The notes: generated by a model not told the origin, from the letters alone. A DNA stretch of 64,000 nucleotides from Nitrospinota bacterium (GCA_046581755.1 JAYGFR010000031.1:11039-75038); one strand, 5' to 3'; positions 1-10,204 are shown, counted from the stretch's first letter. Translations and numbers: made by a program.

Positions 1-956
1 TTGCCGCCGCGCCGTTTCTCGCCGGGGGGCTGGGCCGCGATCCGCTCGAATGCGGAAGAGAAGCCGGCCGCCAGGCCCGCGAGGGGCTGGGCGCGGCGTT
101 TCGAGGAGAAGGGCCGCCGGCCGCCGTCATTCTTCCGGATTCCTACAACCTCCGCGCCGGGGAGCTTTTCAGGGGCCTCCACGAGGAGCTGGGCGAGGAT
201 GCCATCATCGTGGGCGGAGGCGCCGCGGAGAACGGCCGGCTCGGGCGAACGTTTCAGTTTCTGGACGAGGAGATGAAAACCGACGCCGTGGCCGGAGCGG
301 TTTTTCCCTGGAGCCCCACCCGCTTCATCGGCATCACCCAGGCCTACCAGCCCGATGGGGAGCCCATGGCGGTGACCCGCGCCGAGGAGAACATCATCTT
401 CGAGATCTCGGGCCGGCCCGCCTACGAGGTATTCGCCGAGGCGGCGGGCGAGGCGTTGATGCAAAACCCACGCACCGCCGCGGTCCATGTGTTCGTCGGC
501 CTGCCCGGAGACCCGGACTCGGTCGTGCTGGATCACGGAAACTATATCGTGCGCCCGGTCGTCGGGCTCGATCCCGGAAAAGGGCTCATTGCCCTGCCCG
601 AGAAAATCTCCGTCGGCCAAGCGATCACCTTCACGCGCCGCGACGGCCCCAGGGCCCGCGCCGACCTCGAAACCATGCTCTCGAAGGCCAAGGAGCGGTT
701 CGCTACGGAGAATCTAGCCGACGCAGCCGATTTCGCCCTCTACTTCAACTGCTCCGGGCGGGGCGCCTCGCTCTACGGAGAGAGCGGCGTGGACTCCGCG
801 GCCATCCGCCGGGAAGCGCCCGGCCTTCCGGTGGCGGGATTTTTCACCGGCTCGGAGATCGCGCCCATCGGCACGGAAGATCATTTGCATCAGTTTTCGG
901 GTGTATTGATGATACTGGGTGGAGACCATCCGCCCATGTCCCAGGAGGATATATGA
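1..956 (+). CDS. FIST-domain signal transduction protein (5'-truncated by window edge)
   Basis: Frame open from base 3 to the TGA at 954-956; motifs IVGGGAA and YFNCSGRG...GFFTGSEIAP are typical of FIST N/C domains. Confidence 0.8.
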   Translation, partial: AAAPFLAGGLGRDPLECGREAGRQAREGLGAAFRGEGPPAAVILPDSYNLRAGELFRGLHEELGEDAIIVGGGAAENGRLGRTFQFLDEEMKTDAVAGAVFPWSPTRFIGITQAYQPDGEPMAVTRAEENIIFEISGRPAYEVFAEAAGEALMQNPRTAAVHVFVGLPGDPDSVVLDHGNYIVRPVVGLDPGKGLIALPEKISVGQAITFTRRDGPRARADLETMLSKAKERFATENLADAADFALYFNCSGRGASLYGESGVDSAAIRREAPGLPVAGFFTGSEIAPIGTEDHLHQFSGVLMILGGDHPPMSQEDI

Positions 957-1381
957 ACTACAGCATCGGAAACATTTTCGTCACGACGGTTCACGTTATC
1001 AGCGCCATTCTCGCCGTGGGCGGGGTGGCATTTTTCCGGTTTGTCGCGCTTCCCTACGCCGAAGGTCTTCCCGATGAGGAGCGGCAGCGCTGCATGCAGG
1101 CCCTTCGAGCGAAATTCGTTCCCTTTCTGCACGGCTCGTTTCTCATGCTCTTCCTCACCGGAATTCACCACATCACCCGGCTCATCCGCTCGGGAATGAC
1201 CATTCCGGGAATCCTCGTTCTCAAGATCGCTCTAGCCCTGATCATTATTTTTATCGGCGTCGCCCTCACCTGGCGGACGGGCTTCGAGGGCATGAAGGCG
1301 AACCGGAAGACCTATCTGACGATCAACCTCGCACTCGCCGTGATCGTCGTCTTCCTGGGAATCTGGGTGACGCACGGGTAG
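953..1381 (+). CDS. CopD-like four-TM membrane protein
   Basis: AGGAGG RBS and ATGA overlap with the FIST stop; VHVISAILAVGG...LKIALAL hydrophobic helices. Confidence 0.65.
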   Translation: MNYSIGNIFVTTVHVISAILAVGGVAFFRFVALPYAEGLPDEERQRCMQALRAKFVPFLHGSFLMLFLTGIHHITRLIRSGMTIPGILVLKIALALIIIFIGVALTWRTGFEGMKANRKTYLTINLALAVIVVFLGIWVTHG

Positions 1382-1537
1382 GCGGCCGCGCTCCGATGTC
1401 TCTCGGGGAGATGTCTCTCGGAGAGAGGATGCGGTTCCGGACGAGGGAGACGCTCCCAGCCCCTTCGGCGGGGCTGGTATTTCTCCAGAAAGGCAATCAG
1501 GTTCTTCCGCTGCCCGCCCAGTGCGGCGGAACCGGAA

Positions 1538-2191
1538 TCAGCGGACCCGGTTCTCCGGCCCGCGGCCCCGGAAGAGGTCGATAAACGCCGCCGCCGCCGC
1601 CCGGTCGAATTCGGCCAGGGTGAGGCGCTTCGTCCAGGCGGTCAGGACTATCGATTTCCCGATTCCGGCCATCGGCGTGGCGACGACCCCGGACCAAGGC
1701 CCCGAATAGAGCGCGATCCAGGAGCGCAAGGCCTCCATCGCTCCATCTCCGGGTTTATCGTAGTAGATGACGATGTTGCCGTGCTCGATCGCGTGCACCA
1801 GCTTCTCGGGGCGCTGGCGCGAGGTGTAGAAACCCGGTCTCGTCCCGACAGAATCATGCGGCCCGGAGGTGGGATAGATGCTGGGGTAGCTGGCGTATCG
1901 GCCCGCCCGAAGGTGGCCGCCGCCCCGGGTGGGGATGGTTTTTATCCGCGACTGAATCGATTTGCCCACCGCCGCCGATTTCAAAAAAGCCCGCTCTTCT
2001 CCCCCTGAATTCAACCAATAATACGCGCCGCCGGCCACGGCCAAAACAACCGCCGCCAGGGCGATGAGATTTCCTGTTCCACCCTTTTTGTTATCCTGTT
2101 CCTTGCGGGATTTCTTTCCCTTTTGTTTCGGCTTTGATTTGGACTTGGGCACGCTGTCGCTCCCGGCGTTTCGATTTGAAGATCGCGGCAA
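1538..2191 (-). CDS. DUF3105-like membrane-anchored protein
   Basis: Basic N-terminus, one TM helix, motifs PTSGPH and LVHAIEHGNIVIYY; start uncertain. Confidence 0.7.
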   Translation of the reverse strand: MPRSSNRNAGSDSVPKSKSKPKQKGKKSRKEQDNKKGGTGNLIALAAVVLAVAGGAYYWLNSGGEERAFLKSAAVGKSIQSRIKTIPTRGGGHLRAGRYASYPSIYPTSGPHDSVGTRPGFYTSRQRPEKLVHAIEHGNIVIYYDKPGDGAMEALRSWIALYSGPWSGVVATPMAGIGKSIVLTAWTKRLTLAEFDRAAAAAFIDLFRGRGPENRVR

Positions 2192-2263
2192 TGAAAACAG
2201 ATCTGATTCGTCCAGCGGATATACACGAGCGCCCCCTCCGGCGCCAAGCCGGTGGAGTGAACC

Positions 2264-3523
2264 CTATCCGCTTCCGACCGATCGGCCTCCTTGAGAGGGG
2301 CCGACCCCCAGCTTTTTCAGGCCATCCTCAAGGGCGTCCAGCGCCCGGTCGATCTGCCCTTCGGTGTGGGTAGCCATGAGGGTCGCCCGCAGGCGGCTCG
2401 TCCCCTCGGGGACCGTGGGCGGCCGGATGGCCAGCATCAAAAACCCGGCCGTGAGCATGTGGTCGGCCAGGGCGAGGGCACTCCTCGCGTCGCCGACGAC
2501 GATCGGAAAAATCGGCACTTCCGCCCCACTGACGAGAGCAGGCATCTCGAAGCCGATTCGCTCCAGGCCGGCGCGGAATCTCCGGCAAAGGGCGGCCAGG
2601 CATTTCCGCCGCTTTTCCCCCTCTTCACCCGAGGCCAGTTCGAGGGCGGCGCCGGCGGAGACCACCAAGGCGGGCGGAAGGGCCGTGGAGTAGATGAACG
2701 ATCTGGCGTGGTTCACCAGATAATTTATTACATCGGTGTCCGAGCAGGCGAAGGCGCCGTAGGAAGCCAGGGATTTCCCGAGCGTCCCCATGGAGACGCC
2801 GACGCGATCCTGGACACCGAAATGCGCCGCCGCGCCCCTGCCCGAGGGCCCCAGTATGCCGGTTGCATGGGCCTCGTCCACGAGGAGGAGCGCATCGTGC
2901 CGATCTGCAAGGGAGGCCATTTCGTCCAGCGGAGCCAGATCGCCATCCATGCTGAATACGCCATCCACCGCGATGAGCCGCTGGCGGGCGCCCCTGGCGC
3001 GCCGGAGCCCATCCTCGAGCGCGTTCAAATCACCGTGGGCAAAGACGTACACCTTGGCCCGGCTCAGGCGGCAGCCGTCCACGATGCTGGCATGGTTGAG
3101 GGCGTCGCTGAATACGGCGTCCCCCTCCCCGGCCAGGGAGGAGATGAGGCCCGTGTTCGCCAGAAACCCGGAACCGAAAAGAATCGAGGCGTCTTTTTTC
3201 TTGAAGCGGGCAAGCGCCTTGGAGAGTTTTTCGTGAGGCTCCATGTAGCCCGAAATCAGAGGGCTCGCGCCGGCGCCGGAGCCCCACCGGTGCGCGGCCT
3301 CTGCCGCGCAGGCGGCCACCAGGGGATGATCGGCCAGGCCCAGGTAGTTGTTCCCGGCGAGATGGACGGCCTCGAATCCCTCGACCCGGACAACAGGGGC
3401 CTGCACCCCGGAGATCACCCGGAGCCTGCGGCGCAGACTCCGGCTGGAAAGGGAGCGCAAATCGGCCCGAATCGAATCGCGCCAACTCGAAGCCGCTGTC
3501 TGGATTGAGTCGCTCTCGGCCAT
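2264..3523 (-). CDS. bioF: 8-amino-7-oxononanoate synthase
   Basis: NNYLGL, DALNHASIVDG, DGVFSMDGD, DEAHATG, GTLGKS (PLP Lys), IRPPTVP. Confidence 0.92.
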   Translation of the reverse strand: MAESDSIQTAASSWRDSIRADLRSLSSRSLRRRLRVISGVQAPVVRVEGFEAVHLAGNNYLGLADHPLVAACAAEAAHRWGSGAGASPLISGYMEPHEKLSKALARFKKKDASILFGSGFLANTGLISSLAGEGDAVFSDALNHASIVDGCRLSRAKVYVFAHGDLNALEDGLRRARGARQRLIAVDGVFSMDGDLAPLDEMASLADRHDALLLVDEAHATGILGPSGRGAAAHFGVQDRVGVSMGTLGKSLASYGAFACSDTDVINYLVNHARSFIYSTALPPALVVSAGAALELASGEEGEKRRKCLAALCRRFRAGLERIGFEMPALVSGAEVPIFPIVVGDARSALALADHMLTAGFLMLAIRPPTVPEGTSRLRATLMATHTEGQIDRALDALEDGLKKLGVGPSQGGRSVGSG

Positions 3524-4010
3524 GTCCCGATTTTAGGGATTGGCGGCCCCGGTGAAAAGGGCCGGGTCAAACAGACGGAGTTTCGGCCTCAGCGGGACCG
3601 GGGGGGGGAGGTTCCGCTTCGTTTCTTGCCTGGATTCACGCTCTTTTTCTCTTTTTTTGTCTTTTTCCGTAAAAAGGACGCATCCATTTCGTGCGCGGGA
3701 GCGGTTTTTTACGCTTAATAGAGCCGTCAGTATCATTTTCCACCCCCTCCATGTTGTGGGCATTGCCGCTCATTGGGCTGCTTTGGTGCCGCATCGCCCT
3801 GATTTCATTATGTCTCCTTGCCGCTGCGGGAGAGGGGTCTCCCGTTACCCGGAAGATATGACCCATCTCCTATTTACTTGCCCGGGAATGAAAAAAGTGG
3901 CATTTTGATGTGGTTTTTTGCCGGATTTTCTTCAAACCGGAATCTGGCGGGAATTTGAGATACCATGAAAGCGGGACCAGAGCTTTTCCACGCCCGCACT
4001 GAGGGCATGG

Positions 4011-4385
4011 ATGTTCGACTGGCTTTGGGTGGCAATCGGCGGCGCGGCGGGAAGCGTCCTGCGCTACGGTACGACCATCGCGGTCCAGCGGTGGACCCAG
4101 AGCTCTTGGCCCTGGGCTACGTTTGCGGTCAATATCCTGGGCTCGTTCCTCATCGGCTGGCTCGCCTATATGGTGGTTGGCCGGGGGGCGATATCCGTCC
4201 AGACGCGGCTGATCGTCATGGTCGGACTTCTGGGCGGGTTCACGACCTTCTCCACCTTCAGTCTCGATACCCTACGCCTCATCCAGGAAGGGGGGTGGAG
4301 GGCGGCGGCGGCCAATGCCGTCCTCTCGGTGGCGGGAGGACTCATCGCCGCCTGGGCCGGCTTTAATATCGCATCGTCTCTCTGA
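4011..4385 (+). CDS. crcB: Fluoride efflux channel CrcB/FluC
   Basis: GGAAGSVLRY, PWATFAVN, GLLGGFTTFSTF signature. Confidence 0.95.
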   Translation: MFDWLWVAIGGAAGSVLRYGTTIAVQRWTQSSWPWATFAVNILGSFLIGWLAYMVVGRGAISVQTRLIVMVGLLGGFTTFSTFSLDTLRLIQEGGWRAAAANAVLSVAGGLIAAWAGFNIASSL

Positions 4386-4415
4386 GGGCCCCGCCGGTCA
4401 GTCCGCCTTCCCTCT

Positions 4416-5265
4416 TCATGCGGCCGCGGCGCCTCCCGCGACGATGAGAACCATCCCCCCGGCAGCGGCCAATCCGATCCGCTCGCCCAGAATCAGCCAG
4501 AGAAAAAAGGCCGAGAGAAACGGCGCAAAGTAGGCCATCGCCCCGAGGAGAGCCACCTCCCCGGCCGAGACCGCGCGCTCCCAGGCGAGAATCGCCGCCC
4601 CGATCGTGACCGCGCCGAGATAGAGAATCGCCCCCCACGCGGCGGGCGGCGGATCGGGCCACCCCGCCGCGAACAGCCAGAGCCCCGAAAGAAAAACGCT
4701 CCCTACCGAGGCGGTGAGCAGAAACGCCCGGCCCCCGCCCCATTTTCTGAGCAAAACCGTATAGCTCGACCAGGCCACCGCGCTCCCCAGCGCGAGGGCG
4801 TAGCCCAGAATATGGCCCTCCTCGAAAGCCGCCCTCTGCCCTCCGGCAACCAGGGCCGCCCCCGCCGCCCCGAGCAGCGCGCCGGCCGCGATCCGCGGGC
4901 GGAAGGGCTCTCGAAGAACAATCCAGGCCAGGAGAACGACCAGAAGCGGCCACAGGTAATTGATCAGCGTCGCCTCGACGATGGGAGCGCGGCGAATCGC
5001 CTCGAAATAAAACGCGCGAAAGAAGAACAGGCCCCACAGGCCGAGGAGCCGGCCCCGCCAGCGCTCGCGTGCATCCCGGGGCTCAAACGCGGGGGGGCAG
5101 CCCGAACAGGCGGGGAAGGATGCCGAAGGTGAGCGCCGCCGCCGCAAACCCGCCTCCCAGCACCCAGGGCGGATGCGTCTCTCGAAGGGCCGTTCCCGCC
5201 GCTGCCGCCAGCGTCCCCCAGCAGAATATGGCGAACAGCCCCCACCCCAACGATTTCATGTTCAT
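4416..5265 (-). CDS. EamA/DMT transporter with a frameshift in a G7 run at 5091-5097
   Basis: The N-terminal half (MNMKSLGWGLFAIFCWG) joins the C-terminal half (EATLINYLWP, ALGSAVAWSSY) if one base is removed from the homopolymer. Confidence 0.75.
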
Positions 5266-5381
5266 GGAATTTTCCACGTGCTTTGAGATACGGTCTCGGC
5301 TGCCTATAATCGCGCCATCGAATTCCAAGCGCCCCGACGCATTTCACCGGGCGGGCTGTCCCGCCCGCAAAGGAGACCCGC

Positions 5382-5654
5382 ATGAACGATCAAACCGACT
5401 TCCGGAAATTCTACCGCGACGCCCACGCCACCGCGCTTCTGACCGACCGCGAGAAAAAACTCATCGGCATCGCGGTCGCCATCGTCCGAAACTGCCAACC
5501 CTGAGTGGACCACCGCCTGGCGGCCGCCGGGAAAGCCGATATCCCAGAAGAGGTGCTGGACGCCACGTTCGATCTCACCACCGCGGTGATGGCCGGAATC
5601 GGACAGAGCATGAACCGGCGCTACAAGGATTCCCTGAAACCGAAAGAGGGGTAG
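5382..5654 (+). CDS. Putative CMD/AhpD-like selenoprotein, 90 aa, CQPU motif (TGA 5502-5504 read as Sec41)
   Basis: AGGAG RBS at 5371; LTDREKKLIGIAVAIVRNCQP-U-VDHRLAAAGKADIPEE matches the CMD pattern EKELIALAVA..C..C...H...A...G...EE; frame continues to TAG 5652-5654. Absent from the ORF track. Confidence 0.8.
5516..5531 (+). promoter_or_regulatory. Putative bacterial SECIS hairpin
   Basis: CCUGGC-GGCC-GCCGGG, 6-bp stem, loop GG starting +18 after the TGA. Confidence 0.6.
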
Positions 5655-5667
5655 CGGGCGGGGAGGG

Positions 5668-6336
5668 CTAGCGGACCTCGGCGCGGAGAACGTAGACATG
5701 GCGGGCGAGGGATTCCACTAGGCGGGAGGGATCGAAATCCCGGGGAGTGGTGATCTGGACCCGTACCCGCATCGGGCCGCCTTCGGGATCTTTTTTCACG
5801 TCCATCTCCCGGATATCGCAGCGCTCCTTGGAAAGAATGTCCTCGAGCTCCTGGAACATCTCTTCCTCCTCCCCGCCGTTTGCCACAATTTCCAGAAGCT
5901 TGAAGCGGCGCCGCCCGGAAATTCGACGGCCGACTTTTTTGAGCAGGCCCAGCGAAACCAGCATGATCACCACCACCGACACAGCCTCGACGTGGAGGCC
6001 CACTCCCACGGCCAGGCCGATCCCCGCCGTGGTCCAAATGCTCGCCGCCGTGGTCAGCCCCCGCACCGAAGCGCCCATCCGGAGGATGGCGCCCGCCCCC
6101 AAAAAACCGATGCCGCTGACGACCTGGGCCGCGATGCGGCCGGGGTCGTTCGTGGGACTCCCCTCGGCCACGCGCATGGAGACTTCCATGAGCAGGGCGG
6201 AGCCGAGGCAGAGGATGATATGGGTGCGAAGACCGGCGGGCTGATTGTTGCGCTCGCGCTCCAGCCCGATGAGGCCGCCGAGGAAGGCGGCCTCGATCAT
6301 GCGGAAAATGAATCCGATTTGGTCGGGGAGGATCAA
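5668..6336 (-). CDS. MgtC/SapB family protein
   Basis: IGLERE, AGLRTH, DPGRIAAQVVSGIGFLGAG, GLTTAASIW, C-terminal ACT-like domain. Confidence 0.9.
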   Translation of the reverse strand: MILPDQIGFIFRMIEAAFLGGLIGLERERNNQPAGLRTHIILCLGSALLMEVSMRVAEGSPTNDPGRIAAQVVSGIGFLGAGAILRMGASVRGLTTAASIWTTAGIGLAVGVGLHVEAVSVVVIMLVSLGLLKKVGRRISGRRRFKLLEIVANGGEEEEMFQELEDILSKERCDIREMDVKKDPEGGPMRVRVQITTPRDFDPSRLVESLARHVYVLRAEVR

Positions 6337-6337
6337 C

Positions 6338-6964
6338 CTATTTTTTCCCGTGTGGGTTCGGGCGCGCTTTGCGCCGGGAAATTTCTTTTTTGATTTCCGC
6401 CTTGGATTTTCCGTTCACCGGGATGCCGAACACCTCGCCCACCTTGGTCTGCTTGTCGAGCAGGCGCATAAACGCGAGATCCTCGATCTCGGCGAGCACC
6501 ATCTCGCAGGTGCTGAATATGGTGCACCCCTCGACGAGATGGCCGCCGAAGCAGGTCGCCTCGGGTCGGCCCATCGAAATCGTGACGTGGGCATGAAGAT
6601 AGGGCTTGCCGTCCTCGGTCTGGGTGATGTTGCCGCTCATCTGAAGAAGCTCGAGCGGGCCCTCGATGGGAGTGAAGATGCGGCAGTCGTTGTTGATGGG
6701 CCAGGGGTTGGGAAACTGCCATACGTTGCGAAGCGTCGCCCTCCGAAGGCTCGCCGCCACGCTGAGGATCACGCCCGCCTTCACCCCCCGCTCCGCGCAA
6801 ATTTTCAGGGTCGTGCCGTACAAATCGTCGCCCGGGGCCATCCGGATCGTCAGCACGCGCCCGAGGCGCGCCTCCGCCACATCGTAACGGGGCGTGCGCT
6901 TCTTCCAGTCGGTTTCGTCGAAAATCACCTCTTGTGCTTGAGCGAATTTTTTTGTCGCCATCAA
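6338..6964 (-). CDS. PPC/DUF296 domain protein
   Basis: ELLQMSGNI...YLHAHVTIS...GGHLVEG motif. Confidence 0.8.
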   Translation of the reverse strand: MMATKKFAQAQEVIFDETDWKKRTPRYDVAEARLGRVLTIRMAPGDDLYGTTLKICAERGVKAGVILSVAASLRRATLRNVWQFPNPWPINNDCRIFTPIEGPLELLQMSGNITQTEDGKPYLHAHVTISMGRPEATCFGGHLVEGCTIFSTCEMVLAEIEDLAFMRLLDKQTKVGEVFGIPVNGKSKAEIKKEISRRKARPNPHGKK

Positions 6965-7130
6965 CCGTTCCTCTCCTCAAATTGATTCGCATCCCGCGGG
7001 ATGGAAATTGCGATCGCCTCAAACCGTCCAGCCATTCGTGTGTCCGTTTATTCTAGCCCCCCGGATTCTAATCCCAAGCCCGGGGGAATGAAAACCAAGG
7101 GCCGCCATCCCGCAGTCCCCATCGAGGAAC

Positions 7131-8447
7131 CTAATCCCCTCGGTCGAAGCGGACGATCCCGCCCGAAACCGTCGTCCGGACAATCGCCCCGGGACGGAAA
7201 ATATCGGCGAGCGCCACCTCCGCGGCGCCGGGCGGGGGCGCGATGACGGCGAAATCCGCCACCCCGCCGGAGGTCAGCCGGCCCACCCCCTCGTCCGTGA
7301 ACCCCAGGGCCCCGGCGCCGTTCACCGTGCAGATTTCCAGGAGCGCATCCGCCGTCAGGCCCGGGTCCGCCTCCCAGAGCGCCGCCGCCTCATCGAGCAA
7401 CGAGAGCGAAGGGCTGCTCGCCCGGCTGTCCGTTCCGAGGCAGAGCCGGAGACCGGCACGCCGCATCCCGGCGGCATCGGCGAAAGGATGCCCGAAATAG
7501 GCGGTCGACCGGGGACACAGGCAAACCACCGCCCCGGCGCGCGTGAGAAGCTCCCAATCCTCCTCGTCCGTCTGGTTGCAGTGGACCGCCAGATCGATGT
7601 CCTCCAGGACCCCCGCATCGGCCAGGTAGCGCACGGGCGAGCAGCCCGGCGGATCGAAGCCGTTGACCGCGCTCTCCAACGCTTTGTGCATTTCGGCGAA
7701 CGCGCCGCCACCGTCCTTGAGGAACCGCACCTCTTCGGGGCTTTCGGCCAGATGGGTGGCCGAGGGCCAGGTCCGACCGCGCGCCTCCTCGAGCGCCAAG
7801 CGGTAGAGCGGAATCGATGTCGTGTAGGGCGCATGGGGACTGACCCCATCCCTGAGAAATTCCGCCCCGCCACCGGTCTCGCCACCAGTCTCGAACACCC
7901 CATCCGCGGAGGGAAGCCTTTGGCGGACAATCGAATCCGCCTCGGCAGGGGCCAGCCCCAGCACCTCGCTGAACACCACCCCGCGCATCTCCATGAACGA
8001 TAGGATCACCCGGCTGTGGCCCGAGGCCGAAATATCTCCCACACAGGTGACGCCCGAGCCAAACGATGCGATCGCGCCGAGCCGGGAGGAGGAGAGAAAA
8101 AGAGGGGGCGGCCAGCCGCGCGTCTCGCGGACCAGGGCCACGATCCACTCGGCCATCGGCGCGCGCGTGGCCTCGAATCCGCTCAGCTCGAGGTGGGTGT
8201 GGGCGTTCACGAGACCTGGGACGAGAACCGCCCTTCCGAAATTCCGCTCGGGAACCAGCGGCCCCTTGGGGCGGACCTCCGCCTCCGGGCCCACCGCTTC
8301 GATGCGGCCGCCCCGGGTGAGGACCGCTCCGCCGCGAATGGGCGGGCTCCCGGCCGGGCACACGAGATCGGCCCGCCAGAGGTTTTGTCTTCGAGAGGGG
8401 GTCTGCTCCGCGCGGTTTCCGTTTTCCGGGCCGCTAGCTGAGCTCAT
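7131..8447 (-). CDS. Metal-dependent amidohydrolase, probable aminofutalosine deaminase
   Basis: NAHTHLE, SPHAPY, HLAES.EE, LGTDS motifs; co-oriented downstream of mqnC. Substrate is inferred from context. Confidence 0.7.
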   Translation of the reverse strand: MSSASGPENGNRAEQTPSRRQNLWRADLVCPAGSPPIRGGAVLTRGGRIEAVGPEAEVRPKGPLVPERNFGRAVLVPGLVNAHTHLELSGFEATRAPMAEWIVALVRETRGWPPPLFLSSSRLGAIASFGSGVTCVGDISASGHSRVILSFMEMRGVVFSEVLGLAPAEADSIVRQRLPSADGVFETGGETGGGAEFLRDGVSPHAPYTTSIPLYRLALEEARGRTWPSATHLAESPEEVRFLKDGGGAFAEMHKALESAVNGFDPPGCSPVRYLADAGVLEDIDLAVHCNQTDEEDWELLTRAGAVVCLCPRSTAYFGHPFADAAGMRRAGLRLCLGTDSRASSPSLSLLDEAAALWEADPGLTADALLEICTVNGAGALGFTDEGVGRLTSGGVADFAVIAPPPGAAEVALADIFRPGAIVRTTVSGGIVRFDRGD

Positions 8448-8679
8448 GATATTTGCGCGGCCTCAGGAAACCCGTGCCCGGACCCTTCCCGAACCGGTAG
8501 GCCGCGCGCCGGAGACTGGCCAGGTCATGTTCCCAGCGCCAATCGTTGACCTGGAGCCTTGTTCTCAGGCGGCCCGACTCCCACGCACACATGGCGGCGT
8601 AGGCGATCACGAGAGCAACGCCCCAACCGGGGAGGATCAATAAGAGGATTAAACCGAGAACGACGGACAAGGAAGCCAT
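8434..8679 (-). CDS. Small hypothetical membrane protein
   Basis: Two hydrophobic segments; tightly packed between mqnC and the amidohydrolase. Confidence 0.5.
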   Translation of the reverse strand: MASLSVVLGLILLLILPGWGVALVIAYAAMCAWESGRLRTRLQVNDWRWEHDLASLRRAAYRFGKGPGTGFLRPRKYHELS

Positions 8680-8681
8680 GA

Positions 8682-9761
8682 TCAGATCAACTCATAGAAA
8701 AAATTTCGCCGCCGGAGGGTGAAGCCCGCGGCCCCGGCCATGCGGTGAAGATCGGCTTCGTTCAGGCAATGGACCGTACCCGCCGAGCTTACCACGTTCT
8801 CCTCCAACATGGTCGAGCCCATGTCGTTCGCCCCGAAGCGCAGCGAAAGCTCGCCCACCTTCATCCCCTGGGTCACCCAGGAGGATTGGATGTTCTCGAA
8901 GTTGTCCAGGTAGAGGCGGCTGATGGCCAGGGTGCGCAGATACTCGCTGCTGCCCACCGTCTGCGCCTTGAGCGCCGCCGATCCGTCGTTCTGGAACGTC
9001 CAGCAGATAAACGCCGTGAACCCGCCGGTCTCGTCCTGGAGCTCCCGGAGGCGGTCCAGGTGTTCGATCCGCTCGGCGGGGGTTTCGACGTGGCCGAACA
9101 TCATCGTCGCCGACGAGCGAAGGCCCAGCCGGTGCGCCTGGCGCATTACGTCGAGCCAGCCATCCGAATCCACCTTGAGGCGCGCGATTTGGCGCCGGAC
9201 CCGGTCCACCAGAATCTCGCCGCCCCCGCCCGGTATCGAATCGAGGCCCGCCTCCCGGAGGCGGACGATCACCCGCTCGTAGGGAATGTCCTCGAGCTTG
9301 GAGATATGGTGAATCTCGGGCGGGCTCAGCGCGTGGAGATGGAGATCCGGATACTCCATCTTCAGCCAGCGGAACAGATCTTCGTACCATTCGATCCGAA
9401 GGTCCGGGTGATGCCCTCCCTGGAGGAGGATCTGCTTCCCGCCAGCGGCATAGAGCTCGTCCAGCTTTTGGCGAATCTCCTCCTTGGTGCGGATGTAGGC
9501 CTCGGGGTGATCCCCGGGCGGGCGGTAGAAGGCGCAGAAGGTGCAATAGACATCGCAGACATTCGTGTAGTTAATGTTGCGGTCGATGCAGTAGGTGGCA
9601 AAACCTTCGGGGTGCTTTCGGGCGCGGACCTCATCCGCCGCCGCGCCCAGGGCGGGCAGATCGTCTCCCTCGAGCAGGGCCAGGCCCTCCTCCATCGAGA
9701 GCCGCTCGCCCCCGGCTGCTTTTTCCAGCGCCTCGTAAAACGCCGATGTCGCCGTCGTCAT
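8682..9761 (-). CDS. mqnC: Cyclic dehypoxanthinyl futalosine synthase (radical SAM)
   Basis: IDRNINYTNVCDVYCTFCAF, LQGGHHP, FTAFICWTFQ, IQSSWVTQG, GANDMGSTMLEENVVS. Confidence 0.9.
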   Translation of the reverse strand: MTTATSAFYEALEKAAGGERLSMEEGLALLEGDDLPALGAAADEVRARKHPEGFATYCIDRNINYTNVCDVYCTFCAFYRPPGDHPEAYIRTKEEIRQKLDELYAAGGKQILLQGGHHPDLRIEWYEDLFRWLKMEYPDLHLHALSPPEIHHISKLEDIPYERVIVRLREAGLDSIPGGGGEILVDRVRRQIARLKVDSDGWLDVMRQAHRLGLRSSATMMFGHVETPAERIEHLDRLRELQDETGGFTAFICWTFQNDGSAALKAQTVGSSEYLRTLAISRLYLDNFENIQSSWVTQGMKVGELSLRFGANDMGSTMLEENVVSSAGTVHCLNEADLHRMAGAAGFTLRRRNFFYELI

Positions 9762-9856
9762 GATTTCCTCGGATCCGGTCGCCCGGGGTGATATGGAGCG
9801 GGGAGTATACGGGGGTTTCCCCATCCGGGCGAGGGTGGGCATCCTCCCGCCAATTG

Positions 9857-9887
9857 TTGACAAGTCCAGATATTGGGACTATATAAT
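9857..9887 (+). promoter_or_regulatory. Consensus sigma70 promoter with 19-bp spacer filled by a dyad operator
   Basis: TTGACA (9857-9862), TATAAT (9882-9887), palindrome AGTCC-ag-ATAT-tg-GGACT at 9863-9880. Confidence 0.55.
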
Positions 9888-10204
9888 CTTAATATAAAAG
9901 CGCTACCCCCAGCCGGGGTCACCCGGCCCCTCCTCGAATCGGACCATCTGGTACACGCGCCGGTGCCCCTACACCGCCCTGCCCCGGCGGGAAATTCATT
10001 CATCCCATCTCCCCCGCCGGGGTGTTGCCCGCCGGGGTCTTGGAAAAGCATCCTCCATTCTTCTTCCCCTTGGCCATTTATTTCCATACCCGCACTCAAG
10101 CTCCCACCACCACACTCCCCTTGCACCACTCCTCCCAGCCACCACACCTCCCCGAACGCACCGTCCCGCAGCCGGCAGGTTCAAATTTCCCGGTTTTCGC
10201 CCCC

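Noticed and set aside
1395..1426. 15-nt tandem duplication GATGTCTCTCGGrGA
   Set aside because: Only two copies between convergent genes and no other support for function.
3533..3808. Minus-strand ORF with AAGGAGA RBS and in-frame TGA at 3770-3772 (MKSGRCGTKAAQ*AAMPTT...) as another selenoprotein
   Set aside because: No recognisable family or redox motif, no convincing stem around the +20 GG, and low-complexity downstream sequence.
3870..4010. Fluoride riboswitch upstream of crcB
   Set aside because: I could not find the conserved GGnGAUG...CUGAUG pattern.
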